In this document: positions 19,616 to 31,612 of the stretch, piece after piece
Numbering within the stretch: position 1 is the first letter of the stretch
Layout: each line of letters opens with the position of its first letter
Program-made: the position numbers and the translations under genes
The notes under the pieces: generated by a model
What the model was told of the DNA's origin: nothing
Databases searched by the model: none
What the model saw: the letters and a program-made list of their open reading frames with translations, nothing else
Source of the DNA: Terriglobia bacterium
Lineage (GTDB): Bacteria; Acidobacteriota; Terriglobia; 2-12-FULL-54-10
Direction: 5' to 3'
Assembly (NCBI GenBank): GCA_963666975.2
Contig: CAXVYR010000004.1
Coordinates: forward strand, 832,001 to 896,000
DNA length: 64,000 bases

Positions 19616-20713
19616 ATGACTGGAAAAAAGCATCCCGGCCCGGCAGCGGACCCGCTGGCGGCCCCAGCGTCTAAACCGCTCCGCGAAAAAAAGGACCTGC
19701 TGAGCAAGCCGACCCGGCCCGTCGTCATCGACGAAGCCAAGGACGTTGCCGCGCTGCTTGAGAAAATGCAGGGCATCTCCTTCCAGGGCCGCTCTCTCGC
19801 CGAGGCCTTCCGAATCTGGCGCGAGATGCTCCAGGACGAATGCGTCATCATGATGGGAATGGCGGGAGCCATGGTGCCGGCTGGAATGCGCCGCTTGGTG
19901 GTCTATTTGATCGAGAACCGCCTCATTGATTGCCTGGTATCCACGGGCGCGAATTTCTTCCACGATATTCATGAGAGCCTCGGGCGAAAACATTTTCAGC
20001 ACTCCCCGGACATCGATGACGTGATGCTGCAGGAACATCTGATTGACCGGATGTATGACACGCTGGCCGACGAGGCGGAGTTCCGGGAAGAGGACGCCTG
20101 GATCGGGGAATTCTCCGGAACTCTCGACTCCTCCCGCCCGTACACGACCCGGGAGTTTCTGTACTTGCTGGGAAAGGAAGTTGCCTCGCGCTCCAAAACG
20201 GAGGGCATCGTGACGGCGGCCTACAAGGCGGGCATCCCGCTCTACTGTCCAGCCATAGCCGACTCTTCGATCGGCATCGGCATCGCCCAGAGCCGGTATT
20301 TCGGCCAAAGCAAGATGAACTTTGACGTGATTCAAGATGTTGTGGAAACCTCCTGGATCACGGCCAAGGCAAAAAACACCGGGGTCATTTATTTCGGCGG
20401 CGGGACGCCCAAAAATTTCATCCAGCAGGCCGAGGTCACGGCGATCATGATGAAGCGCGATGTGGCGGGCCACCGCTACGCGCTCCAGATTATCACCGAC
20501 TCCCCCCACTGGGGAGGCCTTTCCGGATGCACCTTCGAGGAGGCCCAAAGCTGGGGCAAGATTGCCAAGGACGCCCGCATGGTCACTTGCCACTGCGACT
20601 CCACCATCGCCATGCCCATGCTCGTCACGGGACTTTCGCAGTTCCCGGACCTCATCAAAAAACGGCGGCTTCCGAAGTTCCAAATGGGCCAGAAATTTGA
20701 TTTGACCCATTGA
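19616..20713 (+). CDS. Deoxyhypusine synthase-like protein (SpeY-type)
   Basis: STGANFFHD, PAIADSS, GGGTPKNF, GGLSGCTFEEAQSWGKI (active-site Lys). Confidence 0.93.
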   Translation: MTGKKHPGPAADPLAAPASKPLREKKDLLSKPTRPVVIDEAKDVAALLEKMQGISFQGRSLAEAFRIWREMLQDECVIMMGMAGAMVPAGMRRLVVYLIENRLIDCLVSTGANFFHDIHESLGRKHFQHSPDIDDVMLQEHLIDRMYDTLADEAEFREEDAWIGEFSGTLDSSRPYTTREFLYLLGKEVASRSKTEGIVTAAYKAGIPLYCPAIADSSIGIGIAQSRYFGQSKMNFDVIQDVVETSWITAKAKNTGVIYFGGGTPKNFIQQAEVTAIMMKRDVAGHRYALQIITDSPHWGGLSGCTFEEAQSWGKIAKDARMVTCHCDSTIAMPMLVTGLSQFPDLIKKRRLPKFQMGQKFDLTH

Positions 20714-20788
20714 CGGCGCTCCCATCGCCGGCCTCACTGGCGGATGCGGACTTTCGGTGACCATGCTTTCTAACTATCCTTTCTAACT

Positions 20789-21694
20789 ATGCTTTCTAGC
20801 TATCCCTCCCGCCTCCCTCAGAACTTCGGCGGCATAGAAGACGCTCTTTCCGACTACGCCCGTTCCGCCGTGGTCGTCTGGCCGATCTCCTTGGAACGAA
20901 CCACTTCCTATAAAACCGGGACTCGCTATGGCCCGGCGGCAATCCTCGAAGCCTCCCGAAACATGGAACTTTACGACGAAGAGTTGAAAACCGAACCGTA
21001 CCGGCACGGCATTCACACGCTGCCGGAGATGGAAACGCAGGATGGGTCCTTCGATCAGGTCCTGGCGAAAGTGCATACCGTTATGAACGGCCTGCTGGCC
21101 GACGGCAAGTTTGTGGTGGCGCTGGGAGGGGAGCATTCGCTGACCCCCCCGCTGGTTGCGGCCTGCGCGAAGAAATTCGAGTCACTTTCGGTCTTGCAGA
21201 TCGACGCGCACGCGGACCTGCGCGACTCCTACGAAGGAACCCCCAACAGCCACGCTTGCGCCATGCGGCGTGTTCTGGAAATCTGCCCTGCGGTTCAAGT
21301 GGGCATACGCAGCATGTCGCAGGAGGAGGCCCAGGCGCTGCCGCAGATCAATAACACCCGCTTGTTCTATGCCTCGCAGGTCGCCGGGCGGCCTCCGGAA
21401 AAATGGATTCCCGAGGTGGTGGACTCTCTTTCTGCAAACGTCTACCTCACTCTGGACGTCGATGGCCTGGACCCTTCCATCATGCCGGCCACGGGCACGC
21501 CGGAGCCGGGAGGTTTGGGATGGTACGAAGTGCTGGCCCTGCTGCGGGCCGTGGCGGAGCGAAAACGCATCGTCGCCATGGACCTGGTGGAGCTTCTCCC
21601 GCAGCCCGGCTTTCATTCCTGCGATTTTCTCTGTTCCAAGCTGGCTTACAAAACGGTGGGGTACGTGATGGATTCGCGGTCTCGCCGAGCGTAA
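20789..21694 (+). CDS. speB: Agmatinase / ureohydrolase
   Basis: GGEHS, DAHADL, DVDGLD, TGTPEPGG Mn-binding motifs. Confidence 0.93.
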   Translation: MLSSYPSRLPQNFGGIEDALSDYARSAVVVWPISLERTTSYKTGTRYGPAAILEASRNMELYDEELKTEPYRHGIHTLPEMETQDGSFDQVLAKVHTVMNGLLADGKFVVALGGEHSLTPPLVAACAKKFESLSVLQIDAHADLRDSYEGTPNSHACAMRRVLEICPAVQVGIRSMSQEEAQALPQINNTRLFYASQVAGRPPEKWIPEVVDSLSANVYLTLDVDGLDPSIMPATGTPEPGGLGWYEVLALLRAVAERKRIVAMDLVELLPQPGFHSCDFLCSKLAYKTVGYVMDSRSRRA

Positions 21695-21752
21695 ATTGTC
21701 AGACTAATATTCTCGTTTCCAAAGTAGAATACTGGATGGAGCGACAAACACG

Positions 21753-21974
21753 ATGAGAGACTATGAATTCACTATAGTGATTGAGAAGGACGAAGACGGC
21801 CGTTTTGTAGCCATCTGCCCGGCACTCCAGGGCTGCTACACGGAAGGGGAAACCGAGGAAGAAGCGCGGCAACTCATCGAAGATGCGATCCGGCTGCATA
21901 TTGAAAGCCGTCTCGCGAGGAATGAGCCCATATCCGAAGAGGTTCGATCTCACAAGGTTCGTATTGCGGTGTGA
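21753..21974 (+). CDS. hicB: HicB family antitoxin (short form)
   Basis: FTIVIEKDEDGRFVAICPALQGCYTEGETEEEA. Confidence 0.9.
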   Translation: MRDYEFTIVIEKDEDGRFVAICPALQGCYTEGETEEEARQLIEDAIRLHIESRLARNEPISEEVRSHKVRIAV

Positions 21975-22195
21975 CTCCAAAACTTCCTTCCTTCACCGCC
22001 CGCCAAGTCATTTCTATTCTGAAGAAGCATGGCTTCGTCTTGGACCGGCAGTCCGGAAGCCATGCCGTCCTCATCCATTCTGACGGGCGGCGGACTACGG
22101 TTCCCATCCATGGCAAACGCGATCTCGGCAAAGGACTCCTGCGCCAGATCATAGGCGATGCCGAGCTTACCCTTGACGATTTAATCCGGAAATGA
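21971..22195 (+). CDS. hicA: HicA family toxin
   Basis: GFVLDRQSGSH...TTVPIH; GTGA overlap with hicB. Confidence 0.92.
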   Translation: MTPKLPSFTARQVISILKKHGFVLDRQSGSHAVLIHSDGRRTTVPIHGKRDLGKGLLRQIIGDAELTLDDLIRK

Positions 22196-22240
22196 AGCGG
22201 CTGCCCGGGTGAGGGTATCCGAGCAAGAGGTCAAACACGG

Positions 22241-23575
<1,335 letters not shown>

Positions 23576-23812
23576 GCCCCCTCAGACCAAGTGAATTTAA
23601 GAAGTCGCGAAGTCGTAATGACGCGAACTGAAATCGTGTGACCCGCAATCATGCGAGATGCAGATGGTGTTTTGCAAGGGAATTATAGCGGAGACGGCTT
23701 TGGGACGCTTGCCTGTGAAGGAAACGACAACTAATGGGAACTATAGCCATCCGCCGGGAATGTTATAGTAGAATACGCGGGATTTCTGTGAAAAGTTGTG
23801 GAGGGTCAGGTG

Positions 23813-25744
23813 ATGCGTAGAGGAAAGCTTTGCTCCTATCGTTCTCTGAATCTGTCTCTGTATCTGTGCTTGGTGCTGCTGGCGGCGGTATCGCTTTCCT
23901 GCTCGCTGGAGCAGGGCGGACCGGGTGGGACCAGCTCGGAGGGAGAAAACGGCAGCAGAGTCGTCTCCCCCGGCGACTTCGAGATGACCGGCATGGTCAA
24001 GGTGGATGAATTCAACGACCAAGCCACCGGCAACGAAGTCCCTCGCAAGGGCGGCCAAGTCGTGATTCGCTATCCGGTTGAACCCGACTCGCTGAACATG
24101 TGGTTGAGCGGCAGCGGGGCTTATTCCCAATACATTACCGGCTACATATACAACTCTCTTTTGCGGCGAGACTCGGAGACCTTCGAATGGGAAGGAAGCC
24201 TGGCAGAGAAGTGGATCGAAGAAGATATTGTCGTCAAGACAGATGGAGAGCAGTTGAGGGGGATTGTTTCCGAGCCGCGAGGCGAAGCTGGTCCACTGAC
24301 GATCAAGACCTCCTCGGAGACTATCACTGTCTCCCGGCAGGAGGTTGAGGAGGTTCGCAATGGTGTTTCCTTCACCTTTTATCTGCGCCGGGACGTGCGA
24401 TTTCACGACGGCAAACCGATGACCGCCGCCGACGTGAAGTTCAGCTTTGAGACCATCAAAAACGAATACGTGGATGCTCCCTCGCTGAGAAATTACTATG
24501 ACGACCTCGAAAGCTGTGAAGTGCTGGATGACTACACGGTGCGGCTGACGTACTCCAAGCAATACTGGATGGCGCGCGACTTCGCTGGCGGATTTTCGGT
24601 TCTTCCCATGCATCTGTACAACTCCGACGGTCTGCTCGAAAAGGACCCGGAGGCCTTTGGTAAGCGGTTCAATGAAAGTCCCTATAACCGCAAGCCCGTC
24701 GGCACCGGGCCTTATCAGTTTGAGAGTTGGGAGACGGGCCTTCAAGTTGCTCTGAAGAGGTTTGACGACTATTGGGACGCCCCGCGCCGGGGACGCCTGG
24801 ACCGGATCGGCTTCAAGTTCATCAGTGACAATGTCGCCGCCCTGCAAGCCTTTAAGAATGGAGAAGTGGATTTCCTGCCAGGTGTTACCCCCGAGCAGTT
24901 CGAGCAAGAAACCAACAGCGAGGAGTTTCTGGAAGGATTTGTCAAAGCGGCATACTATACGGAATCTTTCAATTACATCGGCTGGAACACACGCCGACCG
25001 CCTTTCGACGATCCCAAGGTGCGCCTGGCGATGGCCTACGGAGCCTTTGACCGTCAAGAATTCCTGGAAAAAGTCCTTTACCAGCGCGGCATTGTGGTAA
25101 CGGGAAGCCAATACTATTACGGAACAGCCTACGACCACAGCATCCAGCCCTACCCCTTTGATCCTGAGAAAGCCAAGCAATTGTTGCTGGAGGCCGGTTT
25201 GTACGACCGGGATGCAGACGGACTCCGAGACAAAGACGGCAGGCCGTTCCGGTTTGAGTTGCTTCTGCCGTCCGGTAACCAAATTGCGCGGCAGAGGGCC
25301 GCCCTGATGAAGGAAAACCTGCAAAAATTGGGCATCGAGATGACGATCCGCGAGCTGGAGTGGGCCACTTTCATCGAAAATATCAACGACCGGCAATTTG
25401 ACGCTTGCAACCTGGGGTGGGCAACCTCGCTGGAGTCGGATCCCTACCAGATCTGGCACACCTCCCAGATGGAGAACCGCGGCTCGAACCACGTGGGTTT
25501 CGGGAACGAAGAGACGGATCGGATCATCGAACAATCGCGCGTCACGCTCGATGAGGAGGCCCGGCGGATGCTGTTCTTTGAGCTGCACCGCATCCAGCAC
25601 GAGCAGCAGCCCTATCTTTTCCTTTACACCGCCCCGAACCTGGGCGTTTATGACAAGCGCTTTCGGGGCGTGAAGCTCTACAAGGTGCGGCCCGGCTACG
25701 ACCTGACCGAATGGTACCTCCCGGAGGAGGGTCCCGCCTCATAA
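23813..25744 (+). CDS. Peptide ABC transporter substrate-binding lipoprotein (SBP family 5)
   Basis: Lipobox-like VSLSC; RFHDGKPMTAADVKFSF; GTGPY. Confidence 0.92.
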   Translation: MRRGKLCSYRSLNLSLYLCLVLLAAVSLSCSLEQGGPGGTSSEGENGSRVVSPGDFEMTGMVKVDEFNDQATGNEVPRKGGQVVIRYPVEPDSLNMWLSGSGAYSQYITGYIYNSLLRRDSETFEWEGSLAEKWIEEDIVVKTDGEQLRGIVSEPRGEAGPLTIKTSSETITVSRQEVEEVRNGVSFTFYLRRDVRFHDGKPMTAADVKFSFETIKNEYVDAPSLRNYYDDLESCEVLDDYTVRLTYSKQYWMARDFAGGFSVLPMHLYNSDGLLEKDPEAFGKRFNESPYNRKPVGTGPYQFESWETGLQVALKRFDDYWDAPRRGRLDRIGFKFISDNVAALQAFKNGEVDFLPGVTPEQFEQETNSEEFLEGFVKAAYYTESFNYIGWNTRRPPFDDPKVRLAMAYGAFDRQEFLEKVLYQRGIVVTGSQYYYGTAYDHSIQPYPFDPEKAKQLLLEAGLYDRDADGLRDKDGRPFRFELLLPSGNQIARQRAALMKENLQKLGIEMTIRELEWATFIENINDRQFDACNLGWATSLESDPYQIWHTSQMENRGSNHVGFGNEETDRIIEQSRVTLDEEARRMLFFELHRIQHEQQPYLFLYTAPNLGVYDKRFRGVKLYKVRPGYDLTEWYLPEEGPAS

Positions 25745-25784
25745 CTATGCTTCTGTTTGAGCAAAACCGCGAAAGGGCCAAAGT

Positions 25785-25810
25785 CCGAGCCGCGCGCGTA
25801 AGCAAGCGGA
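25785..25810. repeat. REP-like element CCGAGCCGCGCGCGTAAGCAAGCGG
   Basis: Identical copy at about 56345-56369; degenerate copies at about 31453 and 56274. Confidence 0.8.
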
Positions 25811-25832
25811 CACGAACGCTGTGGACCGCTCC

Positions 25833-26837
25833 ATGAAGACCTACATTCTGAAAAGGCTCCTGCTGATGTTCCCCACGATGCTGGGGATTACCATCGTCAC
25901 CTTCGGCATCATCCGCCTGGCGCCCGGAGACCCGGCGGCCATGAGGGTGGGCAGCAGCGCGCAAGGCACCATCGGCGAGCAACAACTGGCGCGGGAGATC
26001 ATTGAGAAGACGCGGGCGCAGTTCGGCCTCGACAAACCCATCCCGGTGCAATATCTCCTCTGGCTCCAGAGGATCGTCACCCTGGACTTCGGACGCTCCT
26101 ACAAAGACAACCGCCCGGTGACCGACAGAATCCTGGAGAGGGTTCCGGTCACTTTGCAGTTGAACATCATCTCTATCTTTCTGGTTTATTTGTTCGCTAT
26201 TCCCATCGGGATTTACTCTTCCACCCATCAGTATTCTTTCTCCGACAAAGCCGTCACGCTGTTCCTGTTCATCCTGTACTCGATGCCAAGCTTCTGGATG
26301 GCGACCATGCTGATCCTCTATCTGGGAGGGGGAGACCACCTGCATTGGTTCCCGATCACGGCGCTGAGTTCTATGGGGGCCGCGGAGATGAGTTCCTCCG
26401 AATGGCTGCTGGACCGCCTTTGGCATCTGGTGCTGCCGGTCTTCTGTCTCACCTACGCCGGGCTGGCCTACGTCTCGCGGCAGATGAGGGCCGGGATGCT
26501 GGAGACCATTCGCCAGGACTACATCCGCACGGCGCGGGCCAAGGGCGTGAGCGAAAAAGTGGTGATCTTCAAACACGCCCTGCGGAATTCCCTGATTCCC
26601 ATCGTGACGCTGCTGGGCTTTCTGCTCCCGGCGATGCTCGGCGGCAGCATCATCATCGAGAGCATCTTCACGATCCCCGGCATGGGGCAGTTAGGGTTTG
26701 AAGCGATCCTCTCGCGCGACTACCCGGTGGTGATGGCGGTCACAACCATCGCCGCCTTCCTTACGCTGGTGGGACTGCTGCTGTCGGACGTCCTCTACGC
26801 CATCGTGAACCCCACCATCTCCCTGGAGGCTCAATAA
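25833..26837 (+). CDS. Peptide ABC transporter permease (OppB/DppB-like)
   Basis: APGDP, GLDKP, DYIRTARAKG, KHALRN. Confidence 0.95.
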   Translation: MKTYILKRLLLMFPTMLGITIVTFGIIRLAPGDPAAMRVGSSAQGTIGEQQLAREIIEKTRAQFGLDKPIPVQYLLWLQRIVTLDFGRSYKDNRPVTDRILERVPVTLQLNIISIFLVYLFAIPIGIYSSTHQYSFSDKAVTLFLFILYSMPSFWMATMLILYLGGGDHLHWFPITALSSMGAAEMSSSEWLLDRLWHLVLPVFCLTYAGLAYVSRQMRAGMLETIRQDYIRTARAKGVSEKVVIFKHALRNSLIPIVTLLGFLLPAMLGGSIIIESIFTIPGMGQLGFEAILSRDYPVVMAVTTIAAFLTLVGLLLSDVLYAIVNPTISLEAQ

Positions 26838-26843
26838 AAGACC

Positions 26844-28391
26844 ATGGAGGGGAGCCCCGTTACTACATCCACCCAGTTGCAGGGCCCGCCCAAGGGAGAA
26901 AGCTATTGGGACATGGTGCTGCGGCAGTTCCGGCGGAACCGGCTGGCCGTGGGTTCCTTCTTCTTCGTGCTGGCGCTGTTCTCAATCGCTATCGGCGCTC
27001 CGTTTTTGGCGAACAACAAACCGCTGGTTCTGCAGGGAGCTTACCGGGACGCCTACCGGGATCGTCTCCAGGAATGGAAGCTGGCAGGCCACGGCGAAAT
27101 GATAGCGGCCTTGCAGACGGCCAGCGAGAACAACGGCAGCGGAGCTTCCGATGGCCAAGGTCGAGATGTGGAAGCTCGCCTCCAGACGATTCGCAACCAG
27201 TTGGGGTATCTGGCCAGCCAGTTGGCGGAGACCGAGGCGCAGCGGTTGCTTGGCTACCTGGAAGAGTACGAGCAGGCTACCCAGGCCGCCATCGCCGGGG
27301 ACCGCGCCGCCTACTCCGCACAACTCCACCGGCTGGAGCAAAACTATCAGGAGATAGCCCGGCAATATGACCCGGAAGCCGTGACCTTTGAGCAGAAGCT
27401 CTACTGGCCCATCCTCTCTTCGCTGACCGCGATCGACGTCTTTTTCCTCACGCTGGCCGCAACTCTCCTCCTCCTGCCTCTGACGCGGCGTTTCTTGCCA
27501 CCCGCCTTGCGCGACGCCTGGAGAGCTTCGGCGTTGCTGGTCTTCCTCCCCGCCCTGATACTGGCGGGATTCTGGGCGCTGCGGCCCTCGGTTCTGGAGA
27601 CGATAGACTACAAGCAGCAACTGCGAGAGGGCGGCATCGAGAGCACCCTGGCGCTGTTCCCGCCCGTGCCCTACGGGATCAATGAAGACCATTTGGAGGA
27701 CAAGTATCAAAAGCCGGGTTCCCGCTACTGGATGGGCACCGACGGCAACGGCAGAGACCTGCTGACGCGGATGATCTGGGGCTCCCGCATCTCTCTTTCC
27801 GTGGGTTTCGTGGCGGTCGGCATCTACGTGGTGATCGGCGTTTTCATTGGCAGCCTGGCGGGGTATTTCCGGGGCTGGGTGGATATCGGTTTATCGCGCG
27901 TGATTGAGATCGTTATCTGTTTCCCCAGCTTCTTCCTGATCCTGGCCGTGCTGGCTTTTCTCCAGCCGAGCATGTGGAATATCATGGTGGTCATCGGAAT
28001 CACGGGATGGACCACCGAGGCGCGGCTGGTCCGGGGCGAGTTCCTGCGGCTGGCGGACCAGGAGTTCGTGCTGGCGGCGAAAGGCCTGGGGGTGTCGAAC
28101 GCGCGTGTCATCTTCCGCCACATCCTGCCGAACGGCTTGGCGCCGGTCCTGGTGGCCGCCAGCTTCGGCGTGGCCTCGGCCATCCTGATTGAATCGAGCC
28201 TCAGCTTTCTCGGCTTCGGCATCCAGATTCCGATTCCCAGTTGGGGAGGCATCCTGAATGAAGCGCGGGAAAACTTCCGCTACTGGTGGATCACCATCTT
28301 TCCGGGTCTGGCCATATTCTCCGCCGTGACCGCTTACAATTTGGTGGGTGAGGGAATTCGCGACGCCATAGACCCGAGGTTAAAGCTATGA
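26844..28391 (+). CDS. Peptide ABC transporter permease (OppC/DppC-like) with large insertion
   Basis: [31 protein letters not shown]. Confidence 0.93.
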   Translation: MEGSPVTTSTQLQGPPKGESYWDMVLRQFRRNRLAVGSFFFVLALFSIAIGAPFLANNKPLVLQGAYRDAYRDRLQEWKLAGHGEMIAALQTASENNGSGASDGQGRDVEARLQTIRNQLGYLASQLAETEAQRLLGYLEEYEQATQAAIAGDRAAYSAQLHRLEQNYQEIARQYDPEAVTFEQKLYWPILSSLTAIDVFFLTLAATLLLLPLTRRFLPPALRDAWRASALLVFLPALILAGFWALRPSVLETIDYKQQLREGGIESTLALFPPVPYGINEDHLEDKYQKPGSRYWMGTDGNGRDLLTRMIWGSRISLSVGFVAVGIYVVIGVFIGSLAGYFRGWVDIGLSRVIEIVICFPSFFLILAVLAFLQPSMWNIMVVIGITGWTTEARLVRGEFLRLADQEFVLAAKGLGVSNARVIFRHILPNGLAPVLVAASFGVASAILIESSLSFLGFGIQIPIPSWGGILNEARENFRYWWITIFPGLAIFSAVTAYNLVGEGIRDAIDPRLKL

Positions 28392-29443
28392 GCGCTTCCG
28401 GAGCCATGCCGGCCAGTCTGTCGCCGGGCGCCGCGCCGCTCGAAGGAGAAAAAGCTCCGCTGCTCGAGGTGCAGGGCCTGAAAACCTATTTCTACACCGA
28501 CCGGGGCGTTGCCAGGGCTGTCGACGGCGTCAGCTTCACCATCCCGCACCGCAGCACCTTGGGACTGGTCGGAGAGAGCGGCTGCGGAAAGAGCGTGACG
28601 GCGCTCTCGATCTTGCGCCTCATCGCTTCCCCGCCCGGAAAGATGATCGAAGGCTCCATTCGCATGGAAGGAACCGAGCTGTCGAGCCTTTCCGAAGAGG
28701 AGATGCGGCAGGTGCGGGGCAACCAAATCTCCATGATCTTTCAGGAACCGATGACCTCGCTCAACCCGGTCTTTACCTTGGGCGATCAAATCATGGAGGC
28801 GCTTTTGCTCCACCGCTACCTGGGCCGCCATGAGGCGCGCGAGCAGGCCGTGGAGATGCTGCGGCGGGTCAAGATACCTTCGCCCGAGACGCTGATCCAG
28901 CAATACCCTCACCAGATTTCCGGCGGGATGCGGCAGCGCGTGATGATCGCCATGGCGCTGGTCTGCCGTCCGAAGCTGCTGATTGCCGACGAGCCGACGA
29001 CCGCCCTGGACGTGACCATCCAAGCGCAGATTCTGGAGCTGCTCGAGGAATTGCAGGAAGAGTTCGGAATGTCCATCCTGCTCATCACCCACGACCTGGG
29101 TATCGTGGCCGACCTGGCCGACTCGGTGGCGATCATGTATGCGGGACAGATCGCCGAATATGCGGCGACGCGGGAGTTGTTTGCCAGTCCCAGGCATCCT
29201 TATACGCTCGGCCTGTTCCAGTCGCGGCCCCGGCTGGGCATGAAGAAAGCGCGGCTTGATGTGATTCCCGGCGTTGTCCCGAATCCAATTGATTTCCCCC
29301 AAGGCTGCCGGTTTCATCCCCGCTGCTCCTTCGTTGCCGAGGAATGCCGGCAGACTCCAGCCACGCTGGAAGAAGTAGCCCAAGGACACGGCTCGGCTTG
29401 CCTGCGGGTGCAGAAGCGGCAGTTGGAACTTCCCAGAACGTGA
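28388..29443 (+). CDS. Peptide ABC transporter ATPase (OppD-like)
   Basis: [25 protein letters not shown]-terminal CRFHPRC. Confidence 0.95.
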   Translation: MSASGAMPASLSPGAAPLEGEKAPLLEVQGLKTYFYTDRGVARAVDGVSFTIPHRSTLGLVGESGCGKSVTALSILRLIASPPGKMIEGSIRMEGTELSSLSEEEMRQVRGNQISMIFQEPMTSLNPVFTLGDQIMEALLLHRYLGRHEAREQAVEMLRRVKIPSPETLIQQYPHQISGGMRQRVMIAMALVCRPKLLIADEPTTALDVTIQAQILELLEELQEEFGMSILLITHDLGIVADLADSVAIMYAGQIAEYAATRELFASPRHPYTLGLFQSRPRLGMKKARLDVIPGVVPNPIDFPQGCRFHPRCSFVAEECRQTPATLEEVAQGHGSACLRVQKRQLELPRT

Positions 29444-29447
29444 AGAC

Positions 29448-29565
29448 GCCACAGCGGCGCGGAGGCACGCGGAGGCACAGAGATACACATACGAGGAAAC
29501 ACACACCGCGCGATTTTTTGACGTCCTGTTGTTTATAATCTCTGTGCTCTCCGTGCCTCCGTGGC
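29448..29565. repeat. Inverted REP-like pair between the ATPase genes
   Basis: GGAGGCACGCGGAGGCACAGAGA ... TCTCTGTGCTCTCCGTGCCTCCGTGGC imperfect inverted repeat. Confidence 0.7.
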
Positions 29566-29578
29566 TATTTGATGATGC

Positions 29579-30628
29579 ATGGCAGAAACAATCCAATCCG
29601 GTGAACGCAATGAAAAGCTGCTCGAGGTCCGGAACCTCCGCAAGTATTACCCCGTCCGGAAAGGGATTTTTTCCAGAGTCACCGAGCATGTCAAAGCGGT
29701 CGACGGAGTTTCCTTCGACATCCGCCGCCGGGAAACCCTGGGGTTGGTGGGCGAAAGCGGTTGCGGCAAGACCACCGTCGGGCGCACCATCCTGCGGCTG
29801 CTGGAACCAACGGCGGGGGATGTTTTCTTCGACGGAACCCCTGTTTTCAGACTGCCCGGCGGGCAACTCCGCAGGATCCGAAAACAGATGCAGGTCATCT
29901 TCCAAGACCCCTACGGCTCCCTGAACCCGCGCATGACGGTGGGGGGGATTGTGATGGAGGGAATGATCGCCCACGGGCTCTATTCCAAGGCGGAACGGGT
30001 GGAAAAAACCCAGGAGTTGCTTCAGCGGGTGGGACTCGACCGGGAGCATTTCTACCGCTACCCGCACGAGTTCAGCGGAGGCCAGCGGCAGCGGATCGGC
30101 ATTGCGCGGGCCTTGTCGGTGGAGCCGCAGTTCATCGTCTGCGATGAGCCGGTCTCGGCGCTCGACGTCTCCATCCAGGCGCAGATCATCAACCTGCTGG
30201 CTGACTTGAAAAAGGAACTGAGCTTATCTTACCTGTTTATCGCGCACGATCTTTCCGTGGTGGAGCACATCAGCGACCGCGTGGCGGTGATGTACCTGGG
30301 CAAGATCGTGGAGCAGGCTCCCGGCGAGGATCTGTTTGGAAACCCGCTGCACCCTTACACGCAAGCGCTGCTCGCGGCTGTCCCCTCTGCGGAACCTAGA
30401 GAGAACTCCCGTGAGAAAAAGACGCGCCGGACGCTTCCCGGCGACGTGCCCTCCCCGCTCCATCCTCCAGCCGGATGCCCCTTCCACACTCGGTGCCCCG
30501 AGGTTATGGATGTGTGCCGGACGGAGATGCCCCCCACCATCGAGAAAGGCGCAGGCCACCAAATCGCCTGCCACCTGTACAGCATCGGGACCGCCTCGCC
30601 GGGCCAGACAACACCGCCTCAGCCCTAG
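29579..30628 (+). CDS. Peptide ABC transporter ATPase (OppF-like)
   Basis: [31 protein letters not shown]. Confidence 0.95.
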   Translation: MAETIQSGERNEKLLEVRNLRKYYPVRKGIFSRVTEHVKAVDGVSFDIRRRETLGLVGESGCGKTTVGRTILRLLEPTAGDVFFDGTPVFRLPGGQLRRIRKQMQVIFQDPYGSLNPRMTVGGIVMEGMIAHGLYSKAERVEKTQELLQRVGLDREHFYRYPHEFSGGQRQRIGIARALSVEPQFIVCDEPVSALDVSIQAQIINLLADLKKELSLSYLFIAHDLSVVEHISDRVAVMYLGKIVEQAPGEDLFGNPLHPYTQALLAAVPSAEPRENSREKKTRRTLPGDVPSPLHPPAGCPFHTRCPEVMDVCRTEMPPTIEKGAGHQIACHLYSIGTASPGQTTPPQP

Positions 30629-30793
30629 CCGTCACCACCAAAGGCACGCCATCGGCTTTATGAGGCTGCCAGGAATCCCCCAATAGCACGATATTAAATC
30701 TCCCAAACCATCCTATTAAATATCCCTTTAATTAGAGTATAGTTATCTGGTGAAGTATCTTGTAAAAGAGAAACCCAGGTAACGGAAGCTACT

Positions 30794-31069
30794 ATGAAAG
30801 GAACAGTCTCACGACAAAAGCTCTCCACTACGGTTTCCCGCGACACTCACCAGTACCTGGTGCATCTTGTGAAGACGGGTCGCGCCGGCACAATCGCGGA
30901 AGCGGTTGACTTGGTTGTTCGGAGAGCGCAGCGCGCAGAGAGCCGCGCCAGGCTCGAACGCGACACGGCTGCGTATTTTGCGAGCCTCCCTGCCAATGTG
31001 GCTGGTGAAGAAGCCCGGCTCGAAGCGGCTCTATCAGAGGCGGTTGACGAGGTTTGTTTTGACGAGTAG
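30794..31069 (+). CDS. Putative antitoxin (RHH-like)
   Basis: 91 aa, KLSTTVS beta strand, acidic C-terminus, overlaps the toxin start. Confidence 0.7.
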   Translation: MKGTVSRQKLSTTVSRDTHQYLVHLVKTGRAGTIAEAVDLVVRRAQRAESRARLERDTAAYFASLPANVAGEEARLEAALSEAVDEVCFDE

Positions 31070-31445
31070 CCGTCCTGCCGGCCGGCAGGTTCGCCCTGTT
31101 CCCCGGCGCGGAGAAATTTGGGCTGCGAACCTGGGCACTCCTCCCTCGCGACACTGGGTGCTGATTGTTTCCCTCAACGCCCGAAATGCCAGCGAACGCG
31201 TAAACTCCGTCCTGATTGTTCCTTTTGGCAGCTCTGGGTACGAAGGCCCCACGACTCTTCGTTTGGAACCGGGGGAGACCGGATTACCGGCGACCTCCTA
31301 CCTGAAAGGCCACTTCATAACGACCCTCCCCAAGAACCGCTTGCTCCAGCGAGAAGGGCGCGTTCTTTCTCCGTCCCGGATGATGCAGGTTTCCCAGATG
31401 ATAAGCCGCGCTTTCGACCCCGACACCCCCTATGAACCGGGGTGA
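31059..31445 (+). CDS. PemK/MazF family toxin
   Basis: PRRGEIWAANLG...WVLIVS..RN...VLIVP; start (TTG 31059) uncertain. Confidence 0.85.
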   Translation: MTSSRPAGRQVRPVPRRGEIWAANLGTPPSRHWVLIVSLNARNASERVNSVLIVPFGSSGYEGPTTLRLEPGETGLPATSYLKGHFITTLPKNRLLQREGRVLSPSRMMQVSQMISRAFDPDTPYEPG

Positions 31446-31612
31446 GACAAATCCGAGCCGCGACCTTGAGGGGTCGGTCAGCCCAACGGTGAAATGTAAC
31501 CAGTAACGAGTGATGAGTAAAAGCAGTAGTCATGCCGGGCGGAGACACTCGTCACCTGTATACAGCGGACTAGCTTTTCAACGCCGGCTGAAAATTCCTG
31601 ATTTCCGCTTGA

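Noticed and set aside
23741-25600. Long antisense ORFs (also 2602-3915, 19550-20764, 28334-30067, 42849-44387)
   Set aside because: Shadow frames of well-supported genes in GC-rich DNA; no motifs
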